Positions 36,580 to 45,970 are shown, counted from the first letter of the stretch. The stretch is 64,000 nt of DNA from Candidatus Levyibacteriota bacterium (GCA_016432345.1 CP066685.1:304236-368235); one strand, 5' to 3'. Numbers and translations: made by a program. The notes: generated from the sequence alone by a model not told the origin.

Positions 36580-36639
36580 ATGGACAAAGACAATCAACTT
36601 CATAAAAAAGCATTAATGCTGGAATATTTTACCATTGGC
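36580..36639 (+). pseudogene. Possible 20-codon N-terminal remnant of a cation-diffusion-facilitator-type transporter gene
   Basis: Manual translation gives MDKDNQLHKKALMLEYFTIG. This resembles the ..ALxLEYFT(I/V)(G/A)WN.. N-terminal block of one CDF subfamily, from memory. After codon 20 the frame runs into the GC-rich element and stops at 36742-36744. Confidence 0.25.
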
Positions 36640-36665
36640 CGTTTACAGAAAATGTTGAATTTCAA

Positions 36666-36861
36666 TGTGTTAGCTCGGCCTTCGGCCTCGCTTGCTCCGG
36701 CGCGGCACCCCGACCCGCCGCGCCTCCGAAACTTATGTGTTTAATCTATGTTTGTCGTCTCGAACTACTTTTTATACGATCGGCGGCTGCGGGTTTCGTG
36801 CCTAAATCCTGGATTTTCCGTGCTCGCTGCGGCGAGCCCCCCAAACCTAAATCAAAACTTG
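36666..36861. ncRNA. Unclassified GC-rich structured RNA candidate adjacent to (3' of) tRNA-Gln
   Basis: A sharp G+C island in an AT-rich background. Perfect hairpins at 36822-36837 (6 bp), 36699-36724 (8 bp, 10-nt loop) and 36672-36692 (3 bp + 2x2 internal loop + 4 bp) flank an AT-rich centre (36731-36780). Strand is not resolved. Confidence 0.45.
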
Positions 36862-36932
36862 CTGCCGGGCTTGGATTCGAACCAAAATAAACGGATTCAG
36901 AGTCCGTTGTCCTACCATTAGACGACCCGGCA
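36862..36932 (-). tRNA. tRNA-Gln (anticodon CUG)
   Basis: Manual cloverleaf: TGCCGGG TC GTCT AATGGTA GGAC A ACGGA CTCTGAA TCCGT TTAT TTTGG TTCGAAT CCAAG CCCGGCA G. U1-A72, discriminator G, no encoded CCA. Confidence 0.9.
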
Positions 36933-36977
36933 CTGCGGCTTATTGTATCAAATCATCAGGTATGTTACAAAGTAAAC

Positions 36978-37541
36978 ATGAGAAAGCTAGATAAGCCATT
37001 ATTTTTTTTTGGTATTTTGCTTATTCTTGCTGGTTTGATTTGGAGCGTTGTTGTTCCAGCGCCTACTGTTGTTCAAAAAACGCCGTCTCCGGTTGCAACA
37101 AACTCTGCTGTTTTGGGAGCAAAAAATTACCAGGAAGCAGAGGTCATAAGAGTTGTTGACGGCGATACGATTCATATTCAGTTAGATAATAAAGAAGAGA
37201 TAGTGCGGTTTATTGGGGTAGACGCGCCAGAGGTTGTTGATCCGCGAAAAAAAGCGCAGTGTTTTGGTAAAGAAGCATCAAACTTTACCAAAAATATGCT
37301 AAACGGTAAAAAGATCATACTGGAAGAGGACGCATCACAAGGAAATAGAGATAAATACAATCGGCTTTTACGCTATGTTTTTTTAGAGGATGGCACAAAT
37401 TTTAATAAACTGCTTATCCAGGAAGGCTATGCCCATGAATATACATATCGTTTACCATATAGATATCAAGTAGAATTTAAGGAGGCCCAAAAACAAGCCG
37501 AAAGTCATAAAAAAGGTCTCTGGGCGGATAATGCATGTTAG
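36978..37541 (+). CDS. Thermonuclease (staphylococcal nuclease/SNase-like), membrane-anchored or secreted
   Basis: VVDGDTIHIQL...VRFIGVDAPE...RDKYNRLLRYVF...GYAHEY are the SNase catalytic blocks. It has an N-terminal TM helix. Confidence 0.88.
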   Translation: MRKLDKPLFFFGILLILAGLIWSVVVPAPTVVQKTPSPVATNSAVLGAKNYQEAEVIRVVDGDTIHIQLDNKEEIVRFIGVDAPEVVDPRKKAQCFGKEASNFTKNMLNGKKIILEEDASQGNRDKYNRLLRYVFLEDGTNFNKLLIQEGYAHEYTYRLPYRYQVEFKEAQKQAESHKKGLWADNAC

Positions 37542-38035
37542 GTTGGTTTTACTGCGCCGTTTACAGAAACGTTATTATTTTCTTTAGCTTTCTCAACCTG
37601 GGTTATTTTTTGCTGAATAAAGGAGATGGCGTTTTTAATATCATCTAAATCTTTTTGGATGTCTTCTACTTCCTCTTCTGCTTCTTGTTCTTCTTTTTCT
37701 TCTTCCAATTCTTTGTATGTATCAAGTAATGCTTGTCTATTTTGTGCTATCATGATGAAAGTAGCAAGAAAAATCGCCTCCAGAGAGACGATCATTGTTA
37801 GTAGTCCATAAGGGAAGCGGTCGAATGGATGAATGTATGGTTCAAGTAGTCCATGATTTATGGAAATCCAAAGTCCAAACCATAAGACATGAAAATAGAC
37901 AAAAGGCATGCTGCCAGAGAAGGCAGTAATTAAAGCTGCAAGGGTTCCTTCAAATCCATGCAGTTTTTTTAACAAGGCATCTGGCTTTATTTCGGCAAAA
38001 GCGGTGGTAGTTTTAGTTTCTATTTTTTTGTTCAT
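37538..38035 (-). CDS. DUF1003 domain-containing membrane protein
   Basis: GSMPFVYFHVLWFGLWISIN...FDRFPYGLLTMIVSLEAIFLATFIMIAQNRQ matches DUF1003, followed by an acidic coiled-coil tail. Confidence 0.8.
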   Translation of the reverse strand: MNKKIETKTTTAFAEIKPDALLKKLHGFEGTLAALITAFSGSMPFVYFHVLWFGLWISINHGLLEPYIHPFDRFPYGLLTMIVSLEAIFLATFIMIAQNRQALLDTYKELEEEKEEQEAEEEVEDIQKDLDDIKNAISFIQQKITQVEKAKENNNVSVNGAVKPT

Positions 38036-38042
38036 ATGTTTT

Positions 38043-38070
38043 ATTGTAAACCTCGTAATATATTTGTCAA
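38043..38070 (-). promoter_or_regulatory. Sigma70-like promoter TTGACA-16-TACAAT, 7 nt before the ATG of the DUF1003 gene (leaderless type)
   Basis: The reverse complement of 38065-38070 is TTGACA and of 38043-38048 is TACAAT. The start codon is at 38035-38033. Confidence 0.5.
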
Positions 38071-38112
38071 TCCTTAATTATTAGTGTATACTAGAGTTGT
38101 ATTTTGATTTGC

Positions 38113-38146
38113 TTGACAACTAGCAGATGTTATGGTAGAGTGCTAA
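38113..38146 (+). promoter_or_regulatory. Sigma70-like promoter TTGACA-17-TAGAGT, 9 nt before the lon ATG, overlapping a CIRCE-like element with a perfect right half-site
   Basis: TTGACA at 38113-38118, TAGAGT at 38136-38141. CTAGCAGAT-N9-GAGTGCTAA lies at 38120-38146, versus the consensus TTAGCACTC-N9-GAGTGCTAA. Confidence 0.4.
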
Positions 38147-38150
38147 TAAT

Positions 38151-40520
38151 ATGGAAAAACTAATTCCAATCATTCCAATCCGCGATGGCATCATTTTTCC
38201 CCACACGGATTCAGTTTTAACATTCGGACGACCAAAAAGTTTGTCAGCCCTTGAATCATCGTTTAAACATGAAAGAGTTGTCTGTTTTGTTTTACAAAAA
38301 AACCCGCGGCTTAATGATCCAACATCAGAAGATTTATACGAAATTGGCACACTGTCTAGAATTGAACGAATGATTCGAACCGATGGGGAGATTAACGCCC
38401 AAGTGCGTGGTATTTCTAGAGTTAGAATTCTTTCTTACGAACAACACGCGTCATATCTTTTGGCAAAAGTTGTGGAATTGCCGGATGTTATACAAGACTC
38501 GCCAGAAATTAAGGCGCTTTGCAACCATCTGACAAATGAATTTAGACGGGCTATGAATTTGGGCAAGCCGGCAGACTTTTTGGTGTTTATGAATATTATG
38601 TCAGAGACGTCTCCGGCCGAACTTTCGGATCTTATTGCTTCTGTTTTGGATTTAAAACCGATAGAAAGGCAGGGATTATTAGAAGAAACAGATGTCAAAA
38701 CAAGATTGGAGAAAATTACCGAATTTTTGGCTCGAGAAATAAAAGTGCTGGAATTAGAACGCCGAATTGCCTCCAAAACCCAGGAAAGGTTTGAAAAAGG
38801 GGCTAGGGAGGCAATGTTGCGCGAACGGCTTAAAACCATCGAAAAAGAGCTGGGAGACGAAGATACTGGGGAAATAAAAGAGATGATGGACAAAGTTAAT
38901 AAAATTGGCATGCCCGATGATGTCAAAGAAAAGGTAAAAAAAGAAATTCGAAAACTGGGACAAATGAATCAGTTTAATCCAGAAGCAGGTTATATTCGAA
39001 ATTATGTTGACTGGTTGGTAAGCCTGCCCTGGAGCAAAAAAAGTGAAAATAATGTTGATATTAAAACTGCCGAGAAAATTTTGGATGAAGACCACTTTGG
39101 ACTAAAAAAAATTAAAGAGCGAATCGTCGAATACCTGGCGGTTCATAAGCTGGCTGGTAAAATGAAAGGGCCAATTTTATGTTTTGTTGGGCCGCCTGGC
39201 GTTGGTAAAACTTCGATTGGAAAATCAATCGCTCGGGCCTTGGGGCGAAAGTTTGTTAGAGTTTCCCTTGGTGGTATTCGCGACGAAGCCGAAATAAGAG
39301 GACACAGACGAACTTACGTTGGCGCCCTGCCAGGGAGAATTATTCAGGGAATTAAAGATGCTGATACTAAAAATCCAGTTTTTATGCTTGATGAAATAGA
39401 TAAAGTTGGCGTAGACTTTCGAGGCGACCCGTCATCTGCGCTTTTGGAAGCATTAGATCCCGAACAAAATAATCAGTTTTCAGACCACTATCTGGAAGTG
39501 CCGTTTGATTTGTCCGATGTGATGTTTGTTACTACAGCTAATATCTTAGATACTATTCCGCCTGCTCTGCGCGACCGCTTAGAAATTATTCATTTTGCAG
39601 GTTACACATTAGATGAAAAGTTTAATATTGGGGGAAGATATTTGCTTAAAAAGCAAATGGAAGCGCATGGACTTAGCAGTGATAATGTGTTTATTACCGA
39701 CGAGGCCTTGCGCTATCTTATAGAACGCTATACGCGAGAAGCTGGAGTTAGGAGTCTTGAGCGACAGATAGCAGCCCTTTTTAGAAAAGTGGCAAAACTG
39801 GTGGCTGATGGCCAAAAAACAAAAACAGTTGTAACGCCAAAAAACATCGCCGCGTTTTTAGGTCCGGCAAAATATAATGCAACAATGGTCGAGAAAAAGG
39901 ACGAAGTTGGTATGTCAACAGGTCTGGCCTGGACAGAAGCAGGCGGAGATATTTTGTTTATCGAAGTAGCTTTGATGCCAGGAAAAGGAAGTCTTATCCT
40001 AACAGGCCAGTTGGGAGATGTTATGAAAGAATCTTGTCAAGCAGCAATGTCTTATATTCGCTCACGCGCGCAGACTTTGGGGCTTTCCGATAAATTTTAT
40101 CAAAAGCTTGATGTGCATATTCATGTGCCGGAGGGCGCGGTGCCCAAAGATGGTCCATCAGCCGGTATTGCCATCACCACTGCCATTGCCTCGGCCCTAA
40201 CAAAGATTCCGGTTAAACGGACAGTTGGTATGACTGGCGAGGTAACGCTTAGGGGCCGGGTTTTAGAAATTGGCGGACTTAAAGAAAAAGTTATTGCGGC
40301 TCATAGAGCAGGACTTAAAACAATTCTATTGCCAAAAGACAACCAGAAAGACTTAGAAGATATACCAAAAGAAGTTATTAAGGACTTAAAATTTGTTTTT
40401 GTCTCGCACATGGACGAGGTATTAAACATTGCGTTTGCCAAGCCATTTGTCAAAAAAGAAGAAGTTATAATGTCTTCCCGTCCTATGCTTCACGCCCGCC
40501 AACCCCAACCAGCAGATTAA
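38151..40520 (+). CDS. lon: ATP-dependent Lon protease (LonA)
   Basis: LON N-domain, Walker [10 protein letters not shown], Walker B FMLDEIDK, catalytic PKDGPSAG, and K in [19 protein letters not shown]. Confidence 0.96.
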   Translation: MEKLIPIIPIRDGIIFPHTDSVLTFGRPKSLSALESSFKHERVVCFVLQKNPRLNDPTSEDLYEIGTLSRIERMIRTDGEINAQVRGISRVRILSYEQHASYLLAKVVELPDVIQDSPEIKALCNHLTNEFRRAMNLGKPADFLVFMNIMSETSPAELSDLIASVLDLKPIERQGLLEETDVKTRLEKITEFLAREIKVLELERRIASKTQERFEKGAREAMLRERLKTIEKELGDEDTGEIKEMMDKVNKIGMPDDVKEKVKKEIRKLGQMNQFNPEAGYIRNYVDWLVSLPWSKKSENNVDIKTAEKILDEDHFGLKKIKERIVEYLAVHKLAGKMKGPILCFVGPPGVGKTSIGKSIARALGRKFVRVSLGGIRDEAEIRGHRRTYVGALPGRIIQGIKDADTKNPVFMLDEIDKVGVDFRGDPSSALLEALDPEQNNQFSDHYLEVPFDLSDVMFVTTANILDTIPPALRDRLEIIHFAGYTLDEKFNIGGRYLLKKQMEAHGLSSDNVFITDEALRYLIERYTREAGVRSLERQIAALFRKVAKLVADGQKTKTVVTPKNIAAFLGPAKYNATMVEKKDEVGMSTGLAWTEAGGDILFIEVALMPGKGSLILTGQLGDVMKESCQAAMSYIRSRAQTLGLSDKFYQKLDVHIHVPEGAVPKDGPSAGIAITTAIASALTKIPVKRTVGMTGEVTLRGRVLEIGGLKEKVIAAHRAGLKTILLPKDNQKDLEDIPKEVIKDLKFVFVSHMDEVLNIAFAKPFVKKEEVIMSSRPMLHARQPQPAD

Positions 40521-41161
40521 TAGATAACTTTGTAGCGCAAATAGAGTTCGTTTTCGACTATTTCTGTTGACAAAAGTTCTAATTTTACCTCGTCTGGTTC
40601 TAAAAGTAGTCCTTCAACCATTGTTATTGCAAGGTTTTCTGTATTGCCAAATATTCGTGGAGAAATAGTTATAAAAAATTCATCAAGAAGCTTTGCTCGA
40701 AGTAACGATGCAATTACATGCGGTCCACCATCCACAAATACAGCTTTTGCATTTTTTCCTTTAAGGTACTCAACAAGTTCACTTATTTCTTTCTGAAAAA
40801 TAGTTGGGTTATACTCATAGGGATTTTCTAAAATTTTGGTCAGGGTTTCATCGGGGTGTTTGGTCAAAACTAAATATTTAGGAGTTCCAACTTTCCCATT
40901 TTTCTCCCGCAGTTTTTTAAATTCATCGCTATGTATAGTATCTATGGTATATTTAGCAAATCGAATGGCGGTATTTTTGCCATCAATTATGACATCCGCA
41001 TATGACCGAAGGTAGGTAAAAGTCTCGTAATCAGTTTTACTGGCAATTGGCCAGTAACCCTTTTTATTAATGTAAACTTTCCCATCAATGGTTTGGGCAA
41101 AGCTGGTGTAAAAAAAGGGGCGATTAGCTAGTTTTGGCAGGGAGAGGTTTTTATATGGCAT
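40517..41161 (-). CDS. RibD C-terminal domain / dihydrofolate-reductase-like reductase family protein
   Basis: ORF 40517..41206, with the likely ATG at 41161 just after the upstream stop. FAQTIDGKV...[14 protein letters not shown]...[13 protein letters not shown]. Confidence 0.7.
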   Translation of the reverse strand: MPYKNLSLPKLANRPFFYTSFAQTIDGKVYINKKGYWPIASKTDYETFTYLRSYADVIIDGKNTAIRFAKYTIDTIHSDEFKKLREKNGKVGTPKYLVLTKHPDETLTKILENPYEYNPTIFQKEISELVEYLKGKNAKAVFVDGGPHVIASLLRAKLLDEFFITISPRIFGNTENLAITMVEGLLLEPDEVKLELLSTEIVENELYLRYKVIY

Positions 41162-41162
41162 G

Positions 41163-41816
41163 TTACTTTTTGTCAGTTTTAAGCCAGTTAACACCAAGGT
41201 ACACAAATGGTGTTTCGATAACAGACATAAAGGATTTTAAGAGCCAGTAGGGAATAATTAGGCTAACTAAAAATCCTATGTTGTCGCCAAAGCCTTTATC
41301 AAATGCGTAGAATGCGAGAAAAATAAATACGGTTGAATCGACAAGTTGGGAGATAAAGTTAGAGGTATTGTTTCGAAACCACAATGCTTTTTCGCCTAAG
41401 CTTTCTCGAATTTTAACAAATAGCAAAACATCTAAAAAGTCGGCAATAGCAAAGGCAGTAAGACTGGCCGCGGAAATTCTGGCGGTTAACCCAAAAATTA
41501 TGTCATAGGTTGTTTCTTTAGTCATAAAGCGAAGAGACGGCGGAAGACTGACTGCCAGAAGTGAAAATAAAAGTATTAAAACTATGACAGCAAGTCCAGA
41601 TCTAATAATGCTTCGCATGCGCTCTGCTCCAAACACTTCGGTAATAATATCGTTAATCGAAAAAATAACTGGTACAACAAAAAGCGCCACACTGGCATTC
41701 AGTGGATACGATCCAATATTTAAGATATGAAATGTTTTGCCGCCCATAAGCTCGGAAACAGCTATGCAGAAAATATAAATGGAGATTAAAAGATCAAGTT
41801 TTTGAATCTTAAACAT
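41163..41816 (-). CDS. yhhQ: Queuosine-precursor transporter (YhhQ/DUF165 family)
   Basis: ORF 41163..41834 (TTG), with the first ATG at 41816. VIFSINDIITEVFGAERMR and QLVDSTVFIFLAFYAF. Confidence 0.8.
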   Translation of the reverse strand: MFKIQKLDLLISIYIFCIAVSELMGGKTFHILNIGSYPLNASVALFVVPVIFSINDIITEVFGAERMRSIIRSGLAVIVLILLFSLLAVSLPPSLRFMTKETTYDIIFGLTARISAASLTAFAIADFLDVLLFVKIRESLGEKALWFRNNTSNFISQLVDSTVFIFLAFYAFDKGFGDNIGFLVSLIIPYWLLKSFMSVIETPFVYLGVNWLKTDKK

Positions 41817-41839
41817 TATTTTTTTCGGCAGCAAGGTTG

Positions 41840-41868
41840 AGTATATCGTGTTACTTTTTTAAAGTCAA
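41840..41868 (-). promoter_or_regulatory. Sigma70-like promoter TTGACT-17-TATACT upstream of the yhhQ-like gene
   Basis: The reverse complement of 41863-41868 is TTGACT and of 41840-41845 is TATACT. It lies 23 nt before ATG 41816. Confidence 0.4.
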
Positions 41869-41904
41869 TACATGGTATATTATAGATATTATATTTAGTT
41901 TGGT

Positions 41905-42798
41905 ATGAAAAAAAAGAAAACATCTCGTAAAAAGAAAAAATTTTCCAAAAAACTATTATTAATTCCTTTTTTCTTTCTTTTTGTTTTGTTTAGTTTTTCT
42001 GCATTTGCGCGCTGGCAGTTTAGTGAGATTGTTGAATCAAGAAAAACAGACATGGCCAAACTTCCCAAAGGAGTAAAAGCAGTTTTATCGGCAAGTTCCT
42101 CTGCCGCGTTTCGCGTGCCAATACTTATGTATCATTATATTGAGTATGTTAAGGATAAAAATGATACTATTAGACAATCACTTACGATTTCTCCCCGCGT
42201 ATTTGATTTGCAAATAAAAACATTAAAAGACGATGGTTATACCTTTATGACCGTATCTGAGCTTGCCATAGTTTTGGATGGAAAACGGGAGCTGCCGCAA
42301 AAACCAATTCTTCTTACTATCGATGACGGACACTGGGATTTATATACCGATATATTGCCAATTCTAAAAAAATACCATGTCAAGGCAACGGCATATATTA
42401 TTTCTGGATTGATTGGCGGATCCGATTTTTTAAGCAAAGAGCAATTGGAAAAAGTTATTCAAAGCGGGTTAGTTGAAATAGGCGCTCATACTGTCCATCA
42501 TGTTGGTTTGGCTTACAAACTTTTGCCTGTTGCAGAGTACGAAGTTAAGACGAGCAAGAAACAGCTTGAAGAGACATATCAGATTCCCGTTGTTTCTTTT
42601 GCCTATCCAGGCGGATCATTTGATGTTCAAGCGGAAAATGTTGTAAAAGAGGCAGGGTTTAGTCTTGCGCTATCAACAATTCCAGGTATCAAGCAGAGTC
42701 AAGAAAATAGGTTTTTCCTGTATCGTATTCGGCCAGGCTACCGAACAGGCAAAGATTTGCTAACGTATCTTCAGCAAGACCGCTTCCGACCGTGGTAA
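41905..42798 (+). CDS. Polysaccharide deacetylase (NodB homology domain), membrane-anchored
   Basis: LLTIDDGHWDLYTDILPILKKY, GAHTVHH and FAYPGGSF. Confidence 0.85.
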   Translation: MKKKKTSRKKKKFSKKLLLIPFFFLFVLFSFSAFARWQFSEIVESRKTDMAKLPKGVKAVLSASSSAAFRVPILMYHYIEYVKDKNDTIRQSLTISPRVFDLQIKTLKDDGYTFMTVSELAIVLDGKRELPQKPILLTIDDGHWDLYTDILPILKKYHVKATAYIISGLIGGSDFLSKEQLEKVIQSGLVEIGAHTVHHVGLAYKLLPVAEYEVKTSKKQLEETYQIPVVSFAYPGGSFDVQAENVVKEAGFSLALSTIPGIKQSQENRFFLYRIRPGYRTGKDLLTYLQQDRFRPW

Positions 42799-42807
42799 GC
42801 ATATAAG

Positions 42808-42881
42808 TACCCCCGACCGGATTCGAACCGGTGATCTTCTGGATGAGAACCAGATATCCTAAACCGCTAGACGACGGGGGC
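42808..42881 (-). tRNA. tRNA-Glu (anticodon CUC)
   Basis: Manual cloverleaf: GCCCCCG TC GTCT AGCGGTTT AGGAT A TCTGG TTCTCAT CCAGA AGATC ACCGG TTCGAAT CCGGT CGGGGGT A. G1-U72 wobble, no encoded CCA. Confidence 0.88.
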
Positions 42882-42947
42882 AAAAAACAATTCTATTTTA
42901 CTTCAAATCCACCTTTTGAGCAATAAAAGGTTTATATAAACCAAGGG

Positions 42948-44267
42948 TTATTCATATTTATGTAAAAAAGAGTTAAATACAGAACAGATATATTGGATGT
43001 GTTTTTCTTCTATACCTGGGTACAGACCAATAAAAAAAGTATTAGTAAATGTTAGGTTGGAATTTTCTAAACTTCCTATTTTTCGGTGTTTAATATTTTT
43101 ATATCCAGGTTGCCTTAAGATATTTCCAGCAAAAATTGGCCTGGTTTGTATCATATGATTTTCTATATAATTGGTAATGTAGAATCTGTCAAAAGGAGAA
43201 TCTTGTCTAATGGTTAATGGATAAGCAAACCAACTAGGATCTGATTTAGGCATAGCTTTGGGTAAAACAAAGTATTTTTCATATTTTTTAAAAAAAATTG
43301 AGTAAAAACCAAAGTTTCTTTTTCTAACTTTTATGAAATCAGCAGCTTTTTTTAGTTGTATTCGGCCCATGGCCGCCTGTATTTCGACTGGTTTTAAGTT
43401 ATACCCAATTTGGGAAAATATATATTTATGATCGTAAGGAATGTTGTCAATTTTAAACTTGAATCTTACTCCGCAAGTTCCATTTGGACCACTTTCAGCT
43501 GCGCCGCACCAGCAGGCCCTGCCCCATTCGCGAAGTGATTGAGTGATTTTTTGGAGTCTTAAATCATTTAAAAAAACTGCCCCGCCTTCACCTGCTGTAG
43601 TTATATGATGCGCAGGATAAAAAGACTGCGCCGCCATTATCCCAAAAGAGCCAGTTTTTTTACCGTTGTAGGTTGATCCAAAAGCATCACAATTATCTTC
43701 GATCACAAATAAATTATTATTGTTTGCAATATCCATTATTGCATCCATATCGTTAGGATTTCCTAGCGTATGAACAAGAAGTATTAGTCTTGTTTTTTTG
43801 CTGATGGCTTTTTTTATATCTTCTGCTTTTGGATTTAGCGTCTCCAAATCTATATCTACAAAAACTGGTTTTAGCCGGTGATGAACAAGGGCAGCAACTA
43901 CCGAGGGAAAGGTACAGGCGGGGGTAATTACCTCGTCTCCTGGATTTAAATGATTGGTAAATTGATAAGACATTAAAGAAGCAATTGCCAAAAGGTCTGC
44001 TGAAGAGCCGGAGTTAACTAAATATGTTCGTTTGGCTCCGATATAATCGGAAAGCTCTTTTTCTAACAACTCCCCTTCTGTTCCCAAACCAAACCATCCT
44101 TTTAACATTACATCAACCATGGCGTTTAAATCTTCTTCGTCGTAAACTGCGCCGGCATATCTTATGAGTGTTTTTCCTGGAATAAATTTGGAAGTGTTAG
44201 TTAAATGAAGATATTGTTTAACAAGAGCATGAATTTTTGACTTTATAGCTTCATTATTTTCATTCAT
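42948..44267 (-). CDS. rfbH: RfbH/DdhC-like PMP-dependent sugar dehydrase (DegT/DnrJ/EryC1 family; CDP-4-keto-6-deoxyglucose-3-dehydrase type)
   Basis: FIPGKTLIRYAGAVYDEEDL, NSGSSADLLA, SFYPAHHITTAGEGGAV, REWGRACWC and PSWFAYPLTI. This follows the RfbH block order as I recall it. Confidence 0.8.
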   Translation of the reverse strand: MNENNEAIKSKIHALVKQYLHLTNTSKFIPGKTLIRYAGAVYDEEDLNAMVDVMLKGWFGLGTEGELLEKELSDYIGAKRTYLVNSGSSADLLAIASLMSYQFTNHLNPGDEVITPACTFPSVVAALVHHRLKPVFVDIDLETLNPKAEDIKKAISKKTRLILLVHTLGNPNDMDAIMDIANNNNLFVIEDNCDAFGSTYNGKKTGSFGIMAAQSFYPAHHITTAGEGGAVFLNDLRLQKITQSLREWGRACWCGAAESGPNGTCGVRFKFKIDNIPYDHKYIFSQIGYNLKPVEIQAAMGRIQLKKAADFIKVRKRNFGFYSIFFKKYEKYFVLPKAMPKSDPSWFAYPLTIRQDSPFDRFYITNYIENHMIQTRPIFAGNILRQPGYKNIKHRKIGSLENSNLTFTNTFFIGLYPGIEEKHIQYICSVFNSFLHKYE

Positions 44268-44287
44268 TTATTTTATTTTAAAGATTT

Positions 44288-44296
44288 TGCTATAAT
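44288..44296 (+). promoter_or_regulatory. Extended -10 promoter element TGCTATAAT, 10 nt before ATG 44307
   Basis: Read directly. The -35 region is weak. Confidence 0.4.
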
Positions 44297-44306
44297 AAAA
44301 CAAGCT

Positions 44307-45245
44307 ATGAAGCATTCTTATCTTGTTACGGGCGGATTTGGTTTAATCGGTTCAACGCTTATTAACTCATTGGATGGCGATGTTGTCATTCTGTCCAGAA
44401 CTAGAAAAAATGAAGAAAGAGTAATAAGGCAGGATGTAAAGATATTACTTAAGGATTTGAATAGCTTAAGAGTAAATGATTTAAAAAATATTGATATAAT
44501 TTATCACTGTGCGGGCACTGTAGATAATTATCATGTGTTGACCGATCCATATATTGACGTTAAAACTAATATTAACGGGACTATTAATCTTTTAGAATGT
44601 TGCAGAAAATTGCAAATTCCCCCCAAAATAATATGTCTGTCAACTTTTTTTGTGTATGGAAACGAGTACACAAGGACCAAAAATCCAATTAACGAAGATT
44701 CAAAAACAGATCCTTTGGCTTTATATCCAATCACAAAACTAGCTTCGGAAAGCATAATTAAACTATATTCAAGGTTATTTAACATTCCTTATTTAATTTG
44801 TCGTCTGACAAATGTTTATGGAGAAAAGGAAGATTTTTCAAATAGCAAAAAGGGCGCTCTTAATTTTTTGATTATGAAAGCAATCAAGGGAGAAAAAATT
44901 AATGTGTATAGCGGTGGAGAATATTATAGAGATTATATTTTTGTTAAGGATGTTGTTTCGGCTTTACAATTTCTAGAAGAGAAATCAGTTAATGATACCT
45001 TTTTGATTGGATATGGCAAGCCCATCCTTTTTAAGGATATAATTTCTTATTTACATCAATTAACCGATAAAAAATCCGAAATTGGCCAGATTGATCCGCC
45101 AGAATTCCATAAAATTGTCGGTATAACAGATTTTATTGCAGATACATCTAAAATAAATTCATTGGGATGGTTTCCATCCATTGATTATAAAGAAGGATTA
45201 AAAATCATAGTTGAAAGATATAAGAGCTTGCTTAAACACAGATGA
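44307..45245 (+). CDS. NAD-dependent sugar epimerase/dehydratase/reductase (extended SDR)
   Basis: N-terminal VTGGFGLIGS Rossmann motif and YxxxK at YPITK. Confidence 0.85.
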   Translation: MKHSYLVTGGFGLIGSTLINSLDGDVVILSRTRKNEERVIRQDVKILLKDLNSLRVNDLKNIDIIYHCAGTVDNYHVLTDPYIDVKTNINGTINLLECCRKLQIPPKIICLSTFFVYGNEYTRTKNPINEDSKTDPLALYPITKLASESIIKLYSRLFNIPYLICRLTNVYGEKEDFSNSKKGALNFLIMKAIKGEKINVYSGGEYYRDYIFVKDVVSALQFLEEKSVNDTFLIGYGKPILFKDIISYLHQLTDKKSEIGQIDPPEFHKIVGITDFIADTSKINSLGWFPSIDYKEGLKIIVERYKSLLKHR

Positions 45246-45970
45246 AAACAAATATTTTTGTAGTAATGCCTGCATACAATGCCGCCAAAACTTTAGACAA
45301 GGTTTATAATCAAATCCCCAAAGGTATTATTGATAAGATATTGTTAATAGATGATGGTTCCAAAGATGAAACTGTAAGTATGGCAAAAAAATTAGGTATT
45401 CAAACAATTGTACACGAGAAAAATCTTGGATACGGAGGAAACCAAAAAACCTGCTATGATACAGCTTTAAAACTTGGAGCAGAGTATGTGATTATGCTTC
45501 ATCCAGATGGTCAATATAATGGAGCGGATTTACCGTTGTTTGTTAAGGCGCTAATGCAAAAAGAAGGAGATCTTATTTTGGGCTCGAGATTTTTAGGTAA
45601 GCAGCATGGTACTCCATTTTATAAGGCAATCTCAATTAAATTTTTAACTTTTTTGTTTAATCTAGTTTTAGACACTCATCTCACAGAAGCAAATACAGGA
45701 TATAGAGGATTTAGTAAAAATTTTTTAGAAAATATTCCTTACCGCAAGAATGGTAATGGTTATATTTTTGATCCACAAGTTATTATCCAGGCAGTTTATT
45801 TTGGTTTTAAAATATCGGAAGTATCGGTGGCAAAAGATTATTTAAAGGAAGCAAGCTCTCCAAATTTTTATCAATCTGTAAAACATGGATTAGAAAACAT
45901 TAAACTTCTTGCTCAATATCTGCTTCACATATTGCGCTTTAAGAAAATAGCTTTTTTGTCTAGCGCTTAA
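45242..45970 (+). CDS. GT2 glycosyltransferase
   Basis: VVMPAYNAAKTL, LLIDDGSKDET and HPDGQY. ATGA overlap with the SDR gene. Confidence 0.85.
   Translation: MKTNIFVVMPAYNAAKTLDKVYNQIPKGIIDKILLIDDGSKDETVSMAKKLGIQTIVHEKNLGYGGNQKTCYDTALKLGAEYVIMLHPDGQYNGADLPLFVKALMQKEGDLILGSRFLGKQHGTPFYKAISIKFLTFLFNLVLDTHLTEANTGYRGFSKNFLENIPYRKNGNGYIFDPQVIIQAVYFGFKISEVSVAKDYLKEASSPNFYQSVKHGLENIKLLAQYLLHILRFKKIAFLSSA

Noticed and set aside
36601-36622. GCATTAATGC hairpin plus T-run as a confident terminator for the GC-rich RNA
   Set aside because: The stem is only 3-4 bp with a tiny loop, too weak to annotate as a feature. It is mentioned only as a possible 3' boundary.
36666-36932. tmRNA (ssrA), either standard or two-piece, formed by the GC-rich element with or without the adjacent tRNA-like gene
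   Set aside because: On the minus strand the element starts GGGGGCUCG... and contains ...CGAAACCC... followed by an AT-rich stretch with short ORFs, which superficially resembles tmRNA. However, there is no T-arm/ACCA 3' end and no G3:U70 alanine-type acceptor pairing. The possible tags (for example VRDDKHRLNT) lack the hydrophobic ...LAA-type terminus. The neighbouring tRNA is a complete cloverleaf with a CUG anticodon.
37640-37730. A CTT/GAA-rich low-complexity stretch in the DUF1003 gene as another member of the heptamer array family
   Set aside because: It has triplet-based periodicity encoding an acidic EEEKEEQEAEEEVED tail. This is ordinary codon-level low complexity, not a 7-nt unit.
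41817-41904. preQ1 riboswitch upstream of the queuosine-precursor transporter gene
   Set aside because: A good TTGACT-17-TATACT promoter leaves only a ~17-nt 5' UTR. No P1 hairpin plus A-rich tail with the preQ1-I consensus is present.
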